Assembly: GCF_006345805.1 (NCBI RefSeq)
Contig: NC_043019.1
Coordinates: 32,797,360-32,861,359 of the forward strand
Direction of reading: 5' to 3'
DNA: 64,000 nt
Source of the DNA: Octopus sinensis
Taxonomy: Eukaryota
Shown: positions 24,601-38,300 of the stretch, piece by piece
How positions within the stretch are numbered: the first letter of the stretch is position 1
Layout: each line of letters opens with the position of its first letter
The notes under the pieces: generated by a model
What the model was told of the DNA's origin: nothing
What the model saw: only the letters and a program-made list of their open reading frames with translations
The model's database searches: none
Program-made: the position numbers and the translations under genes

Positions 24601-25838
24601 CCAATCTGATCTGGCAGAGTTTCTACAGCTGGATGCCCTTCCTAACACCAGCCACTCCGAGAGTGTAGTGGGTGCTTTTATGTGCCACCGCCACGAGGGC
24701 CACTCACGTGGTACTGGCAACAGCCTCACTCGAAATGGTGTTTTTTATGTGCCACCTGCACAGGAGTCAGTCCAGTGGCACTGGCAACGACTTCGCTCAA
24801 ATGTTTTGTTCATGTGCCACCAGCACAAGTGCTAGTAAGGTGACGCTGGTAACGATCATGCTCAAATGGTGCTTTTTACGTGCCACCGGCACAGAAGCCA
24901 GACAGCTGCTCTGGCAGTGATCCCGCTCGGATGGAGCTGTTAGCACTCAATTGGCACGGGTGCCAGTCATCGAATTTGGTTCAATTTCGATTTCACTTGC
25001 CCCAACAGGTCTTCGCAAGCAGAGTTTAGTGTCCAATGAAGGGATGTTGGCATGGGTGAGGCCTAATGTTCGAAGGTTGTGCTTCAGCACCTCATCCCAG
25101 GTTTTCCTGGGTCTACCTCTTCCACGGGTTCCCCCAGGCCGCTAGGGTGTGGCACTTTTTCACACAGCTATCTTCATCCATTCTTGCCACATGACCATAC
25201 CAGCACAATTGTCTCTCTTGCACACCACAACTGATGCTTGTAAACTGAAATGTTGAAACTTATTTTTTTTATTATTATTATTATTGAGTGAGAGAGCAGT
25301 GCATGCCATCAAAGTGACACTGGGGTAAAATATACGAAGCCCAATATACCCATCATGACTACCCGTCTGATAAAGGTACACCAGGCACATGCATCACAAC
25401 CATATGTGCGCGACATGGTGATCTCATATCAAGATAAACAGCACATGACCTTGCAGGTGGGGCCCAGTTAGAATTTTCTTCAGGTTGAGTAGCCCATCCC
25501 GCTCAAAAGGTCTCTGAATAAGGGTTGTTTAAGGATGTTGAAAGAACCACCCATGTTTCCAGAGGTGAATTATTCAAACCCCAAAGAATCCCTCTCAACA
25601 CATGGCTATGATGCTCCCCCACTACTTCTGCTCGTGATCAGAGATGCACATATCGTCAGCCACTAAGGGGCATGCTCAACTGCTTAAGGTCAAACAACTG
25701 ACAAGCAAATCTGTGGTATTGAGCAGAATATTTGCTGTAGCCCATCTTTTATACCAAGACAAAACAATGTACATGATAGCACTTCCAATCAGTTAAGATC
25801 AGAAGCCATGAGAGCCACTGCCTGGTACTGCATCAGGG

Positions 25839-25877
<39 letters not shown>

Positions 25878-28800
25878 TATTAAGGTGGTGAGCTAGCAGA
25901 ATCGTTAGCATGGTGGGTGAAATGCTTAGTGGTATTTCGTCTGCTGCTACATTCTGAGTTCAAATTCTGCCAAGGTCAACTGTGCCTTTCATCCTTTCAG
26001 GGTCGATAAACACTGGGAGCAATATGTAATCAACTAGTCACCTCCCCACAAAATTTCAGGCTTTTTGCCTATAGTAGAAAGGATTATTATTAAGGTGGTG
26101 AGCTCGCAGTATTGTTAGCACTGTCTCTCCCTTTTGTTTAAATCAGGGGTTCTCAACCATTTTTTTTTTTTAATTGTGAACCCCTTTGGTTCCTATTTTA
26201 CTTGGGTGGATCCCTATAGTCATTCAATGTTTAACAAATCGTATTATCATCATCGTTTAACGTCCGTTTTCCGTGCTAGCACGGGTTGGACGGTTCGACT
26301 GGGGTCTGAGAAGCCAGGAGGCTGCACCAGGCTCCAGTCTGATCTGGCAGTGTTTCTACAGCTGGATGCTCTTCCTAACGCCAACCACTCCGTGAGTGTA
26401 GTGGGTGCTTTTTATGTGCCACCAGCACAGATGCCAGGGGAGGCTGGCAGCGGCCACGATCGGTTGGTGCTTTTTACGTGCCGCCGGCACAGAAGCCAGT
26501 CAAGGCGGCGCTGGCACCGGCCACGTTCGGATGGTGCTTTTTACGTGCCACCGGCACAGGTATCACAACTACAGTTTCCATTTAATATTTATTTTGATGT
26601 CGATGTACTTGACTCAATAGGTCTACTCAAGCATGGCAGGTCACCATACGATCCAAGGTAAGCACAGCAGGTCGTACTGCAATCCAAGGTACTTCGGATG
26701 GGCTGGGGCTATGCGAAACTGGTGCAGGAAGCAGCCATGAACTCACATTATTTGTCGGGTCTTTGCAGTTATTTTTATAATCAAATATATTTTTATGAAG
26801 TGTATAAAAATTGCTTAATTATTTTGTGTGTTGTGCAGGTATAATCAATTTATTGCACACAAACTTTACTGGTCTAAGCACAATTTATTCATGACCCCTG
26901 AAAAATTACTGTGGACCCCCCCCCCCCCCAGTTTACTATATTGCATCTGTGGACCGCAGAAATTTTATATGGACCCCGGTTCAGAACCCCTGGTTTACTA
27001 TATTGTATCTGTGGACCGCAGAAATTTTATATGGACCCCGGTTGGAGAACCCCTGGTTTACTATATAGTATCTGTGGACCGCAGAAATTTTATATGGACC
27101 CCGGTTGGAGAACCCCTGGTTTACTATATTGTATCTGTGGACTGCAGAAATTTTATATGGACTCCGGTTGGAGAACCCCTGGTTTACTATATTGTATCTG
27201 TGGACCGCAGAAATTTTATATGGACTCCGGTTGGAGAACTCCTGGTTTACTATATTGTATCTGTGGACTGCAGAAATTTTATATGGACCCCGGTTGGAGA
27301 ACCCCTGGTTTACTATATTGTATCTGTGGACCGCAGAAATTTTATATGGACTCCGGTTGGAGAACCCCTGGTTTACTATATTGTATCTGTGGACCGCAGA
27401 AATTTTATATGGACCCCGGTTGGAGAACCCCTGGTTTACTATATTGTATTTGTGGACCGCAGAAATTTTATATGGACCCCGGTTGGAGAACCCCTGGTTT
27501 ACTATATTGTATCTGTGGACCGCAGAAATTTTATATGGACTCCGGTTGGAGAACCCCTGGTTTACTATATTGTATCTGTGGACCGCAGAAATTTTATATG
27601 GACCCCGGTTGGAGAACCCCTGGTTTAAATCAACAGCAATTGCAATAAAGGATTATTTCTGCCCATTTCAGGTGGCGACCAAATACCAAACAGTTGTCAT
27701 GATGAATGCTTTCCCACCAGAATTCCTCATTCCCTTGTTGAAGATGTCGCAGGTGGAGGAGCCTGCTTTGCGTCTCATTGTGCAAGACATCCTCCACACC
27801 CTCATTGATCGCCATGGAAACACTCAGAAGCTGAAGAACGTCTGGTCAGTATCCTTCTTTCTTGTCTATCGACCTTTATTCATTCCTTCCTTCAACACTA
27901 CTGCCTCTTCTGCTGGCACTACTATCACTACAACAGCTGCAGCTACTGCTACTACTACCACTACTACCACTACTGTTGCTGCTGCTGCTACTGCGAATAT
28001 AATCCCATACACCGCCACTATGATTAATATTATTACCAACGCTGCTGTCATCAACTCCATAGAGTTTATTGGGTGCGTTTAACATGGCACCAGCACAAGT
28101 GCCCCTTGTGTGGTACCGGCATGGGCGCCCCTTGCTGTCATCACTATTACTACAACTGCTGCCAAACACTGCAAATCTCCCGGTTTGGTTTGAGTACAGG
28201 CAGTTTCATATCGCCTTTAGAAATAGCAGTTAAATCTCCCTCAGATCATGGTGACATGGTGACCCCCTTCGGTCAGACACTGACCATGGGTTTGCATCTA
28301 GAGAGTTACCCTCCGAGGCACAAGTCTGGGCAAGGTTGTTTTTTATGGAAGACCAGCAGTCGCCCATGCATACCGGCCCCCCCTCTCCACGCCACCAGTG
28401 TTGTCCAAGGTAAAGGCAAAGGGGCCGATACAGCTTGGCACCTGTGATGTCACAACTCATTTCTACAGCTGAGTGAACTGGAGCAACGTGAAATAAAGTG
28501 TCTTGCTCAAGAACACAACACGCAGCCCGGTCCAGGATTCGAGCTCACAACCTCACGATCGTAAGCTCGACGCTCTAACCACTGTTGTTCATGTTTTCTC
28601 AACTCTTTCACATCGACCATCACGATCCCACACAGCATTTGGGGAGTTGAGCAGGGAGGGCAACATCCTATGGCTGTACACCTCTCGTCTATGAAGGTTT
28701 ATGTGGCTGTATGGTCAACCAGTGTATATCAGTATTAGGGGGGACCCTAGGAAAGCATCACTAATGAGTTCATGCTAGCCTTTGCAGCATCATCCAACAA

Positions 28801-31800
28801 AAGAGCTTTGTGTGTGTCTCTCTCTCTCTCCCTCTTTCTCTCTCTCCCTCCCTCTTTCTCTCTCTCCCTCCCTCTTTCTCTCTCCCTCTTTCTTTCTCCC
28901 TCCTCTCTCTCTCTCCCTCCCTCTTTTCCTCCTTCTCTCTCTCCCCTCCCTTTTCCTCTCTCCCCTCCCTTTTCCTCTCTCCCCTCCCTTTTCCTCTCTC
29001 CCCTCCCTTTTCCTCTCTCCCCTCCCTTTTCCTCTCTCTCTCCCTCTTTCTCTCTCCCTCTTTCTCTCTCTCCCTCTTTCTCTCTCTCCCTCCCCCTTTC
29101 TCTCCCTCCCCCTTTCTCTCTCTCCCTCTTTCTCTCTCTCCCTCTTTCTCTCCCTCTTTCTCTCTCCCTCCTCTCTCTCCCCCTCTCTTTTTCTCTCTCT
29201 CTAGTGACATCCGTGATTACAAGAAGACTTGTCTTCATTTGGTGAGATGCTTTTACCAAGGGATATGTCATCATCACCATCATCATCATCTAGACATAAG
29301 CATGGCTGCATGAAAAGAGGCTTGCTTCCCAGCCACACGGTTCTAGGTTCAATCTCATTGTACGGCACTTAGGGCGAGTGTCTTTTGCTCTAGCCTCAGG
29401 TTGACCAGAACCTTGTGAGTGGATTTGGTAGATGGCAACTGAAAGGAGCCCACCATACATATCTGTGTGTGTGTGTGTGCGTGCGTGCGTATGCACCCCC
29501 ACCCCCACCCTGTACCACTTCATAACCAGTGCTGGTGTGTTTGTGCTCCTGTGACTTAGCAGTTCAGCTAAAGAAACTGCTAGAATAAGTACCTGGTTTA
29601 ACACAAAATGATAAGTACTGGGGTTAATTCATTCAACGAAAATTTCCTCAGAGCAATTCCCCAGCATGGCCGGAGTGTAATGACTGAAGCAAGTAAAAGA
29701 TATAAAATAGATAAATAGATTTAATGTCTGTTTTCCATGCTGGCATGGGTTGGATGGTTTGACCAAAGCTGCTAAATCCAAGGGTTGGCACCAGGCTTCA
29801 TTGTCCCTTCTGGCGTGGTTTCAATGGCTGGATGCCCTTCTTAATGCCAACCACTCCATGGGGTTTATTGGGTGCGTTTAACATGGCACCAGCACAAGTG
29901 CCCCTTGTGTGGTAACGGCACGGGCGCCCCCTGCGTGGCACCGGCACAAGTGTCCCCCTGTGTGGTACCGGCACGGGCGCCACCTGCATGGCACCAGCAC
30001 AGGCGCTCCATGGGTGCTCCTAGTGTGGAACCACCACGGGCGCTCCCAGTGTGGAACTCCTAGTGTGGCACTGGCACTGGTATCAACTCTGCCATTGAAG
30101 ATGGGTCTATGTTGACATAAGTGGCATCCAGCCATGCCACCTGGTGTTTTTGGTGAGTTTCCAAGCAGTGTGTCCATACAACAGCATCGATTCCATTATA
30201 GCATGCAAGAAGCTTTTCTTAAGGTCACCAATAAGCAATGACATCTAGATGACACTGAAGCCATCAAGAACAGCTCATGCTTCTTTCAAGACAAATTCTT
30301 TCCATTGTTTTAAGTGAATGTCTTGCTTAACCTTTCAGCTTGACCCAGATTTCTCAGTCAGGTGTAATGCTTTTTTATTCACACTGACATGAATTAGTCA
30401 TGCAATACTTTGTAGCTTTGAGATTTCAATGGTATGCTTGCTTGTTTTTAGAATAATATTGTAGGGTAAGTGTGAGAGATCTGGCTTGTTTGAAGATAAA
30501 GCAGGTTGATTATTTTGACTGGATTTGGCCAGTTTAAATGCTTAACCCTTTTGTTACTAACCCGGCCAAAACCGGCTCTGGCTCTGTGGTAAAATGTCTT
30601 GTTTTCATAAGTTCTGAATTAAAATCTTCCACCAAACCTTAGTCACAATTTCTGTTCCTAACACTAGCTGAATGATAACTAAGTTATTTTACTAAATTCT
30701 TTGTTATATTTTAAAATAATTGAAAGAAACACAGAACATCTCAAAATAAATACGGTAACGAAAGGGTTAAAGGTTAAATATACAAGATTCAAGCCATTGT
30801 TTTTCATCAAAGAAATTTCTTTCTAAAATAATGTTTTTTTTATATTTTTTGATATTTCATTTGTTCAGCATGTTGAAGGACCTCTCTGAGCTGACCATTG
30901 AAACCACCCCACGTCAAGATATCATGTTTATGAAGAAGGTAAGTGTGACGGAGGAGATTGTGAATTTTAAAATAGAACTCCTTCCTGACTTGCATAGACT
31001 CACAGGGTCAGTTACCCAGGTTCTGTGGTGTATATACTCCCCGCTGGATGGGATGCTGGTCTGTTACAAGATTACTCATTTTTGCCACCTGAGTGGACAG
31101 GAATGACAAAATGAAGTGTTTTGCTGAAGCACACAATGCTTTGCCCAGTTCAGGAATTGAAACCACAATCTTATGATCACAAGTCCAGCACCTTAACCAC
31201 TTAGCCATGTGATTCCAGAAAAGATAAAACTCATTCTCAAGTCTTATAAAGTCATTAGGCTGGTTCCTTTGGTGTATGTATTCCCCAATAGATAGGAACT
31301 TAGTCTGTCGCAGGAATACATGCCTTTGCCTGCTTAGTGGACTGGTGTAATGTGGAATGAAGTGTTCTTCTCAAGAACAATGCATTGCCCAGTCCAAGAA
31401 TTGAAACCACAATCTTACGATCCTGAGTTCAACACTTTCACCACTAAGCCATGTGCTTCCAATACAATTATGAAGTTTACTTATATTGAATGTGTGTGTG
31501 TTGGAAAGAGGAGAGAAAGAGAGAGAGGGGTTATCGTCTATTCACTCAGCTCTATATAATACTCTTAGTGTTATAAATATTTATACTCAAAATGAGTGTG
31601 TGTGCATGAGAAACTATCATGTTTACTCTCTCTCAGCCCTCTATAACTTCCTTAGTGTTTTCACCATTTACAGTGCATGTGTTCAACCCATGTCCAATGC
31701 CTGTGTCCAACCCATGCCGGCAAGGAAAGCACATTAACAGATGCTGATTATGTGTGAATGAGAGAGAGAGAGTCTGTGTCCTTCATATGCCATCAGTTCC

Positions 31801-32124
31801 ATATAGCAATTCTCTCTGTTTTATAATTCCAGAATGGCAACCATTTTTATCATCACCTCTATGAAAATATTGAAATGAACTCAAACCATGTGGAGAACTT
31901 TGAGGCCCTTTACTGCACCATGGCTCTGATACTAGTTGAGCTTGGTAGTAGTGATTTACTGGTTGACCTCTGCAGACTTGCTCTTGACATACAGGTAAAT
32001 AGACTTCTAAGTATTGTTCTTGTTTAACTCCAGGTGATAAGTACGAGTTAAGCGTTGGAGATTGATGCAATCGACTCTACCCATCTCTGCCCAAATTCCA
32101 GATATTGTGTCTGTAGTAGAAAAG

Positions 32125-32162
<38 letters not shown>

Positions 32163-32173
32163 CATTATTATTA

Positions 32174-32207
<34 letters not shown>

Positions 32208-32926
32208 CATTATTATTATTATTATCATTCAGTAGTTTTATTTTTATAACGTGCTTTCACTTCACTACCGAGCGCAGCTCTGTGTGCCTTGGGTATGTGC
32301 TGTGATTTGTTGTGATGCTCTGATGGTTATTGTATGGAAAGTGTTCTGCGTAGGATGTGTGCAGTGCCTAGTAGTGCAATTTTCTATATGTTATATGTGT
32401 TTGTAAGTCCTGGTGTTTTTGTTATGTATTTGTCTGAATATTTTTTTATCATGCCTAATGCACCTACTATGATAGGAATTGTTTCTGTTTTCAGGTTCCA
32501 CATTCTAGTTACCTCTATTTCCAGGTCTTTGTATTTTGAGAGTTTCTCCATTTCTTTTAGAGACACGTTGTCATCTGCCGGTATTGATACATCAATTAGA
32601 AAGCATTTTTTTTCTTCATGATCTCTGACAACTATATCTGGTCTGTTGGCCTTAATTTCTCTATCTGTGTGTATCGGCATATCCCAGAGTATGGTTGCTT
32701 TCTCGTTTTCTGTGACCTTTTCTGGTGTGTGCCTATACCATCTTTTTTCTGTTGTTATTCCATAATGTTGGCATAGCTTCCAATGTATGTAGGTTCCAAC
32801 TCTGTCATGTCTGTGAATATATTCCTTCTTAGCCAGGACTGGGCAGCTAGAGATAATATGATTTATTGTTTCTTGTCCATATTATTATTATTATTATCAT
32901 TATTATTATTATTATTATTATTATCA

Positions 32927-32981
<55 letters not shown>

Positions 32982-35311
32982 CATTATTATTATTATTATT
33001 ATTATTATTAATATTAAAGGCAAGCTGGAAGAATCATTTGCACATCAAGCAAAATGCCTAAGCAGCATTTGTCCATCTTTATGTTCTGAGTTTCAAATTC
33101 ATCATCATCATCGTTTAACGTCCGTTTTCCATGCTAGCATGGGTTGGACAGTTCGACCGGGGTTTAGGAAGCCAGAAGGGTGCACCAGGCTCCAGTCTGA
33201 TATATATATATATATATAATATTAATTAGAGACAAAACCACTATTTTGCAAATTAAACAAAGAAAGACTTAATCCAATACATAAAAATTTAATATAAATT
33301 AAATAAAATTAAATTCGCCACTACAATTGTTTCGTGTCTCTTCTAAGGACATTCATCAGGTGGATTTCAGATCTAAAAATAATCAATATTTTTAAGATAT
33401 AAATTTAAAATGACTAAAACTATAAATAATATAAATTTATCAATGAAAAAATATATATATATAATCTATATATAATCAAGAACTAAAATAACCTCTATAA
33501 ACAATTGAATATAAAGAAACCTAGTATTTAAGTTCTCATATTTAAAGATGAAGAATCTAATTTCAAAAAACAAAAATAAAAATAAAATATATATACACAC
33601 ATGCTCATACACTAACTCACACATCCATATATATATCTCTATAGATGCACATAAACATCTAGGCAACGATAAATAAATAAAGTAGCCGTATACTACTACA
33701 CATTACTTATTCATACTCCCACACACACACATACAACCCTCATTCATAAATACACTCACTCTGCATGACAACCACACATCCAGCAGCCGCAAATACTCAA
33801 CCACAACAACAGAAACATTTCATTCTTAGCAAGAAACTACCAAATACCATATACCACATGTATACAACAACCATACATAAATACTTAAAACAAACACACA
33901 CACACACACACATATTCCAAATACCACATGCATGCAACAAACATACACAAATACGCAAACAAACTCACACACACACACACACATATTCCAAATACCACAT
34001 GCATGCAACAAACATACACAAATACGCAAACAAACTCACACACACACACACACATTCACACATACATAAACACTCAAAAGAAAACAACATTTCTACACAT
34101 AAACAATGCACACCCACACACACACACTCACAATCACTCACACACAACCGCACTCCCACCTCCACTCCAACACAGAGGAGTAACAAATTCAGCAGATACA
34201 TACACTCAGCCACACATACAGTAACATTCCCTACTCGGCAATATACTATTAAAAACCCCAAACCACTCTAAAACAAATTTATGAATATGAATAATAACTT
34301 ATATAGAATTATTCTATTATTAAACATAACCTAAACCATTTAAAAACGAACCTATCTATTTATCAAAGTATGTCTAAATTATTTAATAACTAATAACAAA
34401 GAAAAATACGATAAATAGATACTACATAAACAACAAGATTAACATAAGGAGAATATATTATTCAAAGCTTATACATATAAAATTACATTAGGAGATATTA
34501 AAAAAATACGTACCTTCTATTCAATTTTAAGTTATGAAGTGAATTTAAAAGTGAAGTTGTAAGGTACCGCACGAATGGAAATATATATGAAAGAAGGCTC
34601 AAAAATGCAATTCCAAAATATGTTTATTCAAATGACCGGCTTCACCCTCAGATGTATTTATCACAGGTCAATCCAAGTAGTAACCTTGATCTCTCTCTTT
34701 CACATACACACCCACACACACACACCAGCAACATTACTCTCTCTGTCTATTCACGCACATTAACTAAAGCAATTCACATACACACCACACATTGTCTTGC
34801 ATACCCCATCAAACACACGCACACACACGCACATTAATTCTTCCGCTTCACGTCCACTACAATTGCACTCTCTCTGTCTCTTTCACTTTCATGCCTACTT
34901 CAAAAGGTCCATTTTCCCCCCAACCCCATAATAAAAAAATAATAACTTTTTACGGAAACCGATGATCATTTGCAAAAATGTAAATAGACACATCTGGTTT
35001 ATAAGTGGATTGTAAGTGATAGTCATGTGTTCCCATAGCGAAAGATCGTCCAATGTTTTAACAATTAGACAAAGGTCCACAAGAATAGCTCTCAGAAACA
35101 GACTATGTACAAATTTGTTCTTCACAACTCGTGAAGCTGTTTTATGACATGGAGGTGGAGTCAGGAAATTTTCATACAACTGGAGGCTCCAATTGGAACA
35201 GGGAACCCGAAATGATAAGGTTGAGAAACGCTGTTATAGATTATGCCTAACCAAAAACGATCACAGCCACATCATCCAAACAGACCAGGTGAAACTGGGC
35301 TTAGCTGCTAG

Positions 35312-35343
<32 letters not shown>

Positions 35344-38300
35344 ATATAGAGGGAGAGTTTATGAAAAAAAACAAAAGATGAAGACAGGTGGTGTACAAAA
35401 CAAACAGATGTATTAGTATAACGCTCAGGAATAGAAAAAAGTCTTTTACGTTTCGAGCCTACGCTCTTCTACAGAAAGGGACACAGAAAAAACAAGGAGA
35501 GAAAAAAATGTGTGTAGTGGCTAATGATCTATCATGGTGTGTATATACATACATACACAGCAAGAAATAAGTTTTGTCTCCTTTTATGGAAACAAAAGGA
35601 TTGATAGGACTGCAAAATAGAAGTGCTCAAATGTAATTGAAACAGAGACGAAGAAACATTGATCATAGAACAAGCATCAAATTTGAGTCAACAACTTTAT
35701 ATATGTATATTTTCTGTGTTTAAGAACCATGGTAATGTTTATAAATGATCAAATGTTTGGAGGTATGGTGTTATATATAAAGTTGTTGACTTGAATTTGA
35801 TGTTGTTTTGTGATCAATGTTTATATATATAGATTTATTTAAAGCAGCAGAAAATTCAACAAAACCTGTTACACGTAGTTGAATTTTCTGCTGCTTTAAA
35901 TAAAGCATATTACTCTACCACTGGTATTTGAGTACTCTTTTTTCCACCTTGTTTCACATTTATGTGTTTACTCCGGTATTTATAGATTTATATATATATG
36001 TGAGGGTGTGTGTGTATGTGTGTGTGTGTATATGTGTGTGTATATGTATGTGTGTGTGTGTATATATGTATGAGTGTATGTATGTATGTGTGTGTGTGTA
36101 TGTATGTATGTGTGTGTGTATATGTATGTGTGTGTGTATGTATATGTATGTGTGTGTATATATATACATATATGCATGTATATATGTGATATAATAGTTT
36201 CACTATTAATAGTTTCAGTATTAATAATAAAAGTATTAAACTGAAAGTTTCTCACATTACAATTGAGATGTTATTGTTTCACTTTTTACACATAATACTG
36301 AAAGATAAGAGATAAGAAATGTAAGAGGTAAGAAAATGCTCCAGGCTTGCATTAAGCAAGAAGCTGAAAATTTTTGGGACCCATGACACTGCATGGACCC
36401 TATGTAAGGCATGTGTAAAATTTGAATGAAATCGGTTGGGTTGTTCTTGAGTTTTGATGATGCACACACACACACACACACATAAAGACAGACATTCTCA
36501 ATTTTTTTTCTATAGAAAGTGATAAGCTGGCAGGCGCAGGAGTGGCTGTGTGGTAGGTAGCTTGTCTACCAACCACATGGTTCCGGGTTCAGTCCCACTG
36601 CGTGGCATCTTGGGCAAGTGTCTTCTACTATAGCCTCGGGCCGACCAAAGCCTTGTGAGTGGATTTGGTAGACGGAAACTGAAAGAAGCCCGTCGTATAT
36701 ATGTATATATATATGTATATGTGTGTTTGTATATCTGTGTTTGTTCCCTAGCATTGCTTGACAACCGATGCTGGTGTGTTTATGTCCCCGTTACTTAGCG
36801 GTTCGGCAAAAGAGACCGATATAATAAGTACTGGGCTTACAAAAGAATAAGTCCCGGGGTCGAGTTGCTCGATTAAAGGCGGTGCTCCAGCATGGCCGCA
36901 GTCAAATGACTGAAACAAGTAAAAGAGTAAAGAGTAATTGTTAGCAGGCCGGGCGAAATGCTTGGCAGTATTCTGAGTTCAAATTCTGTTGAGGTCAACT
37001 CTGCCTGTTGTCCTTTCAGGGTTGATAAATTAAGTACCAGTGAAACTCTGGGGGCAATGTAATTGACTGTTCCCCGCCCCAAAACTTCAGGCCTTGTGCC
37101 TTTAGTAGAAAGGACTGTTATTGCTTTTGTAGGTGGCGAACTGGGATAATCGTTAGCATGCTGGGCAAAATGCTTTATAGCATTTCATCTATCTTTATGG
37201 TCTGGGTTCAAATTCTGCCGAGGTCGACTTTGCCTTTCATCCTTTTGGTGGGGGTCGATAAATTAAGTACCAATCAAGCACTGGGGGTTGTAATCGACTA
37301 ACCTGTTCCTCCAAATTTCAGGCCTTGTGCCTATAGTAGAAAGGATTATTATTATTATTATTATTATTGAAATGCATGAAGCTGCCAGAATCGTTAGCTT
37401 GCTGGACTGAAATGCTCAACAGTATTTCATCCGTCTTTACGTTTTGAGTTCAAATGCTGCTGAGGTCCATTTTGCCTTTCTTCCTTTCAGGGTCGTTAAA
37501 ACAAAGATCAGCTGAGTACAGGGGTCTCTCTTTTACTTGTTTCAGTCATTTGACTGTGGCCATGCTGGAGCACCGCCTTTAATCAAGCAACTCGACCCCG
37601 GGACTTATTCTTTTGTAAGCCCAGTACTTATTCTATCGGTCTCTTTTGCCGAACCGCTAAGTAACGGGGACATAAACACACCAGCATCGGTTATCAAGTA
37701 ATGCTAGGGAGACAAACACATACACACAAACATATATATATGTATACATATATACGACAGGCTTCTCTCAGTTTCCGTCTACCAAATCCACTCACAAGGC
37801 ATTGGTCGGCCCGGGGCTATAGCAGAAGACACTTGCCCAAGATGCCACGCAGTGGGACTGAACCCGGAACCATGTGGTTGGTTAGCAAGCTACTTAGCAC
37901 ACAGCCACTCCTGCGCCTATTATTATTATTATTATTATTGAGTGAGAGAGCAGTTCATGCCATCAAAGTGACACTGGGGTAAAATATACGAAGCCCAATA
38001 TACCCATCATGACTACCCGTCTGATAAGGGTACACCAGGCACATGCATCACAACAATATGTGTGCGACATGGTGATCTCATATCAAAACAAACAGCACAT
38101 GACCTTGCAGGCGGGGCCCAGTTAGAATTTTCTTCAGGTCGAGTAACCCATCCCACTCGAAAGGTCCCTGAATAAGGGTTGGTTAAGGATGTTGAATGAA
38201 ACACCCATGTTTCCAGAGGTGTTCAGTCCCACTGCGTGGCATCTTGGGCAAGTGTCTTCTGCTATAGCCCCGGGCTGACCAATGCCTTGTGAGTGGATTT

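Noticed and set aside
25790-25850. HDV-like fold at the 5' end of the TAA-targeted retroposon
   Set aside because: Only a mismatched P1 could be drawn; no L3/P1.1 or J4/2.
28747-29313. Leu/Ser or Glu/Arg-rich ORFs
   Set aside because: CT microsatellite artefact.
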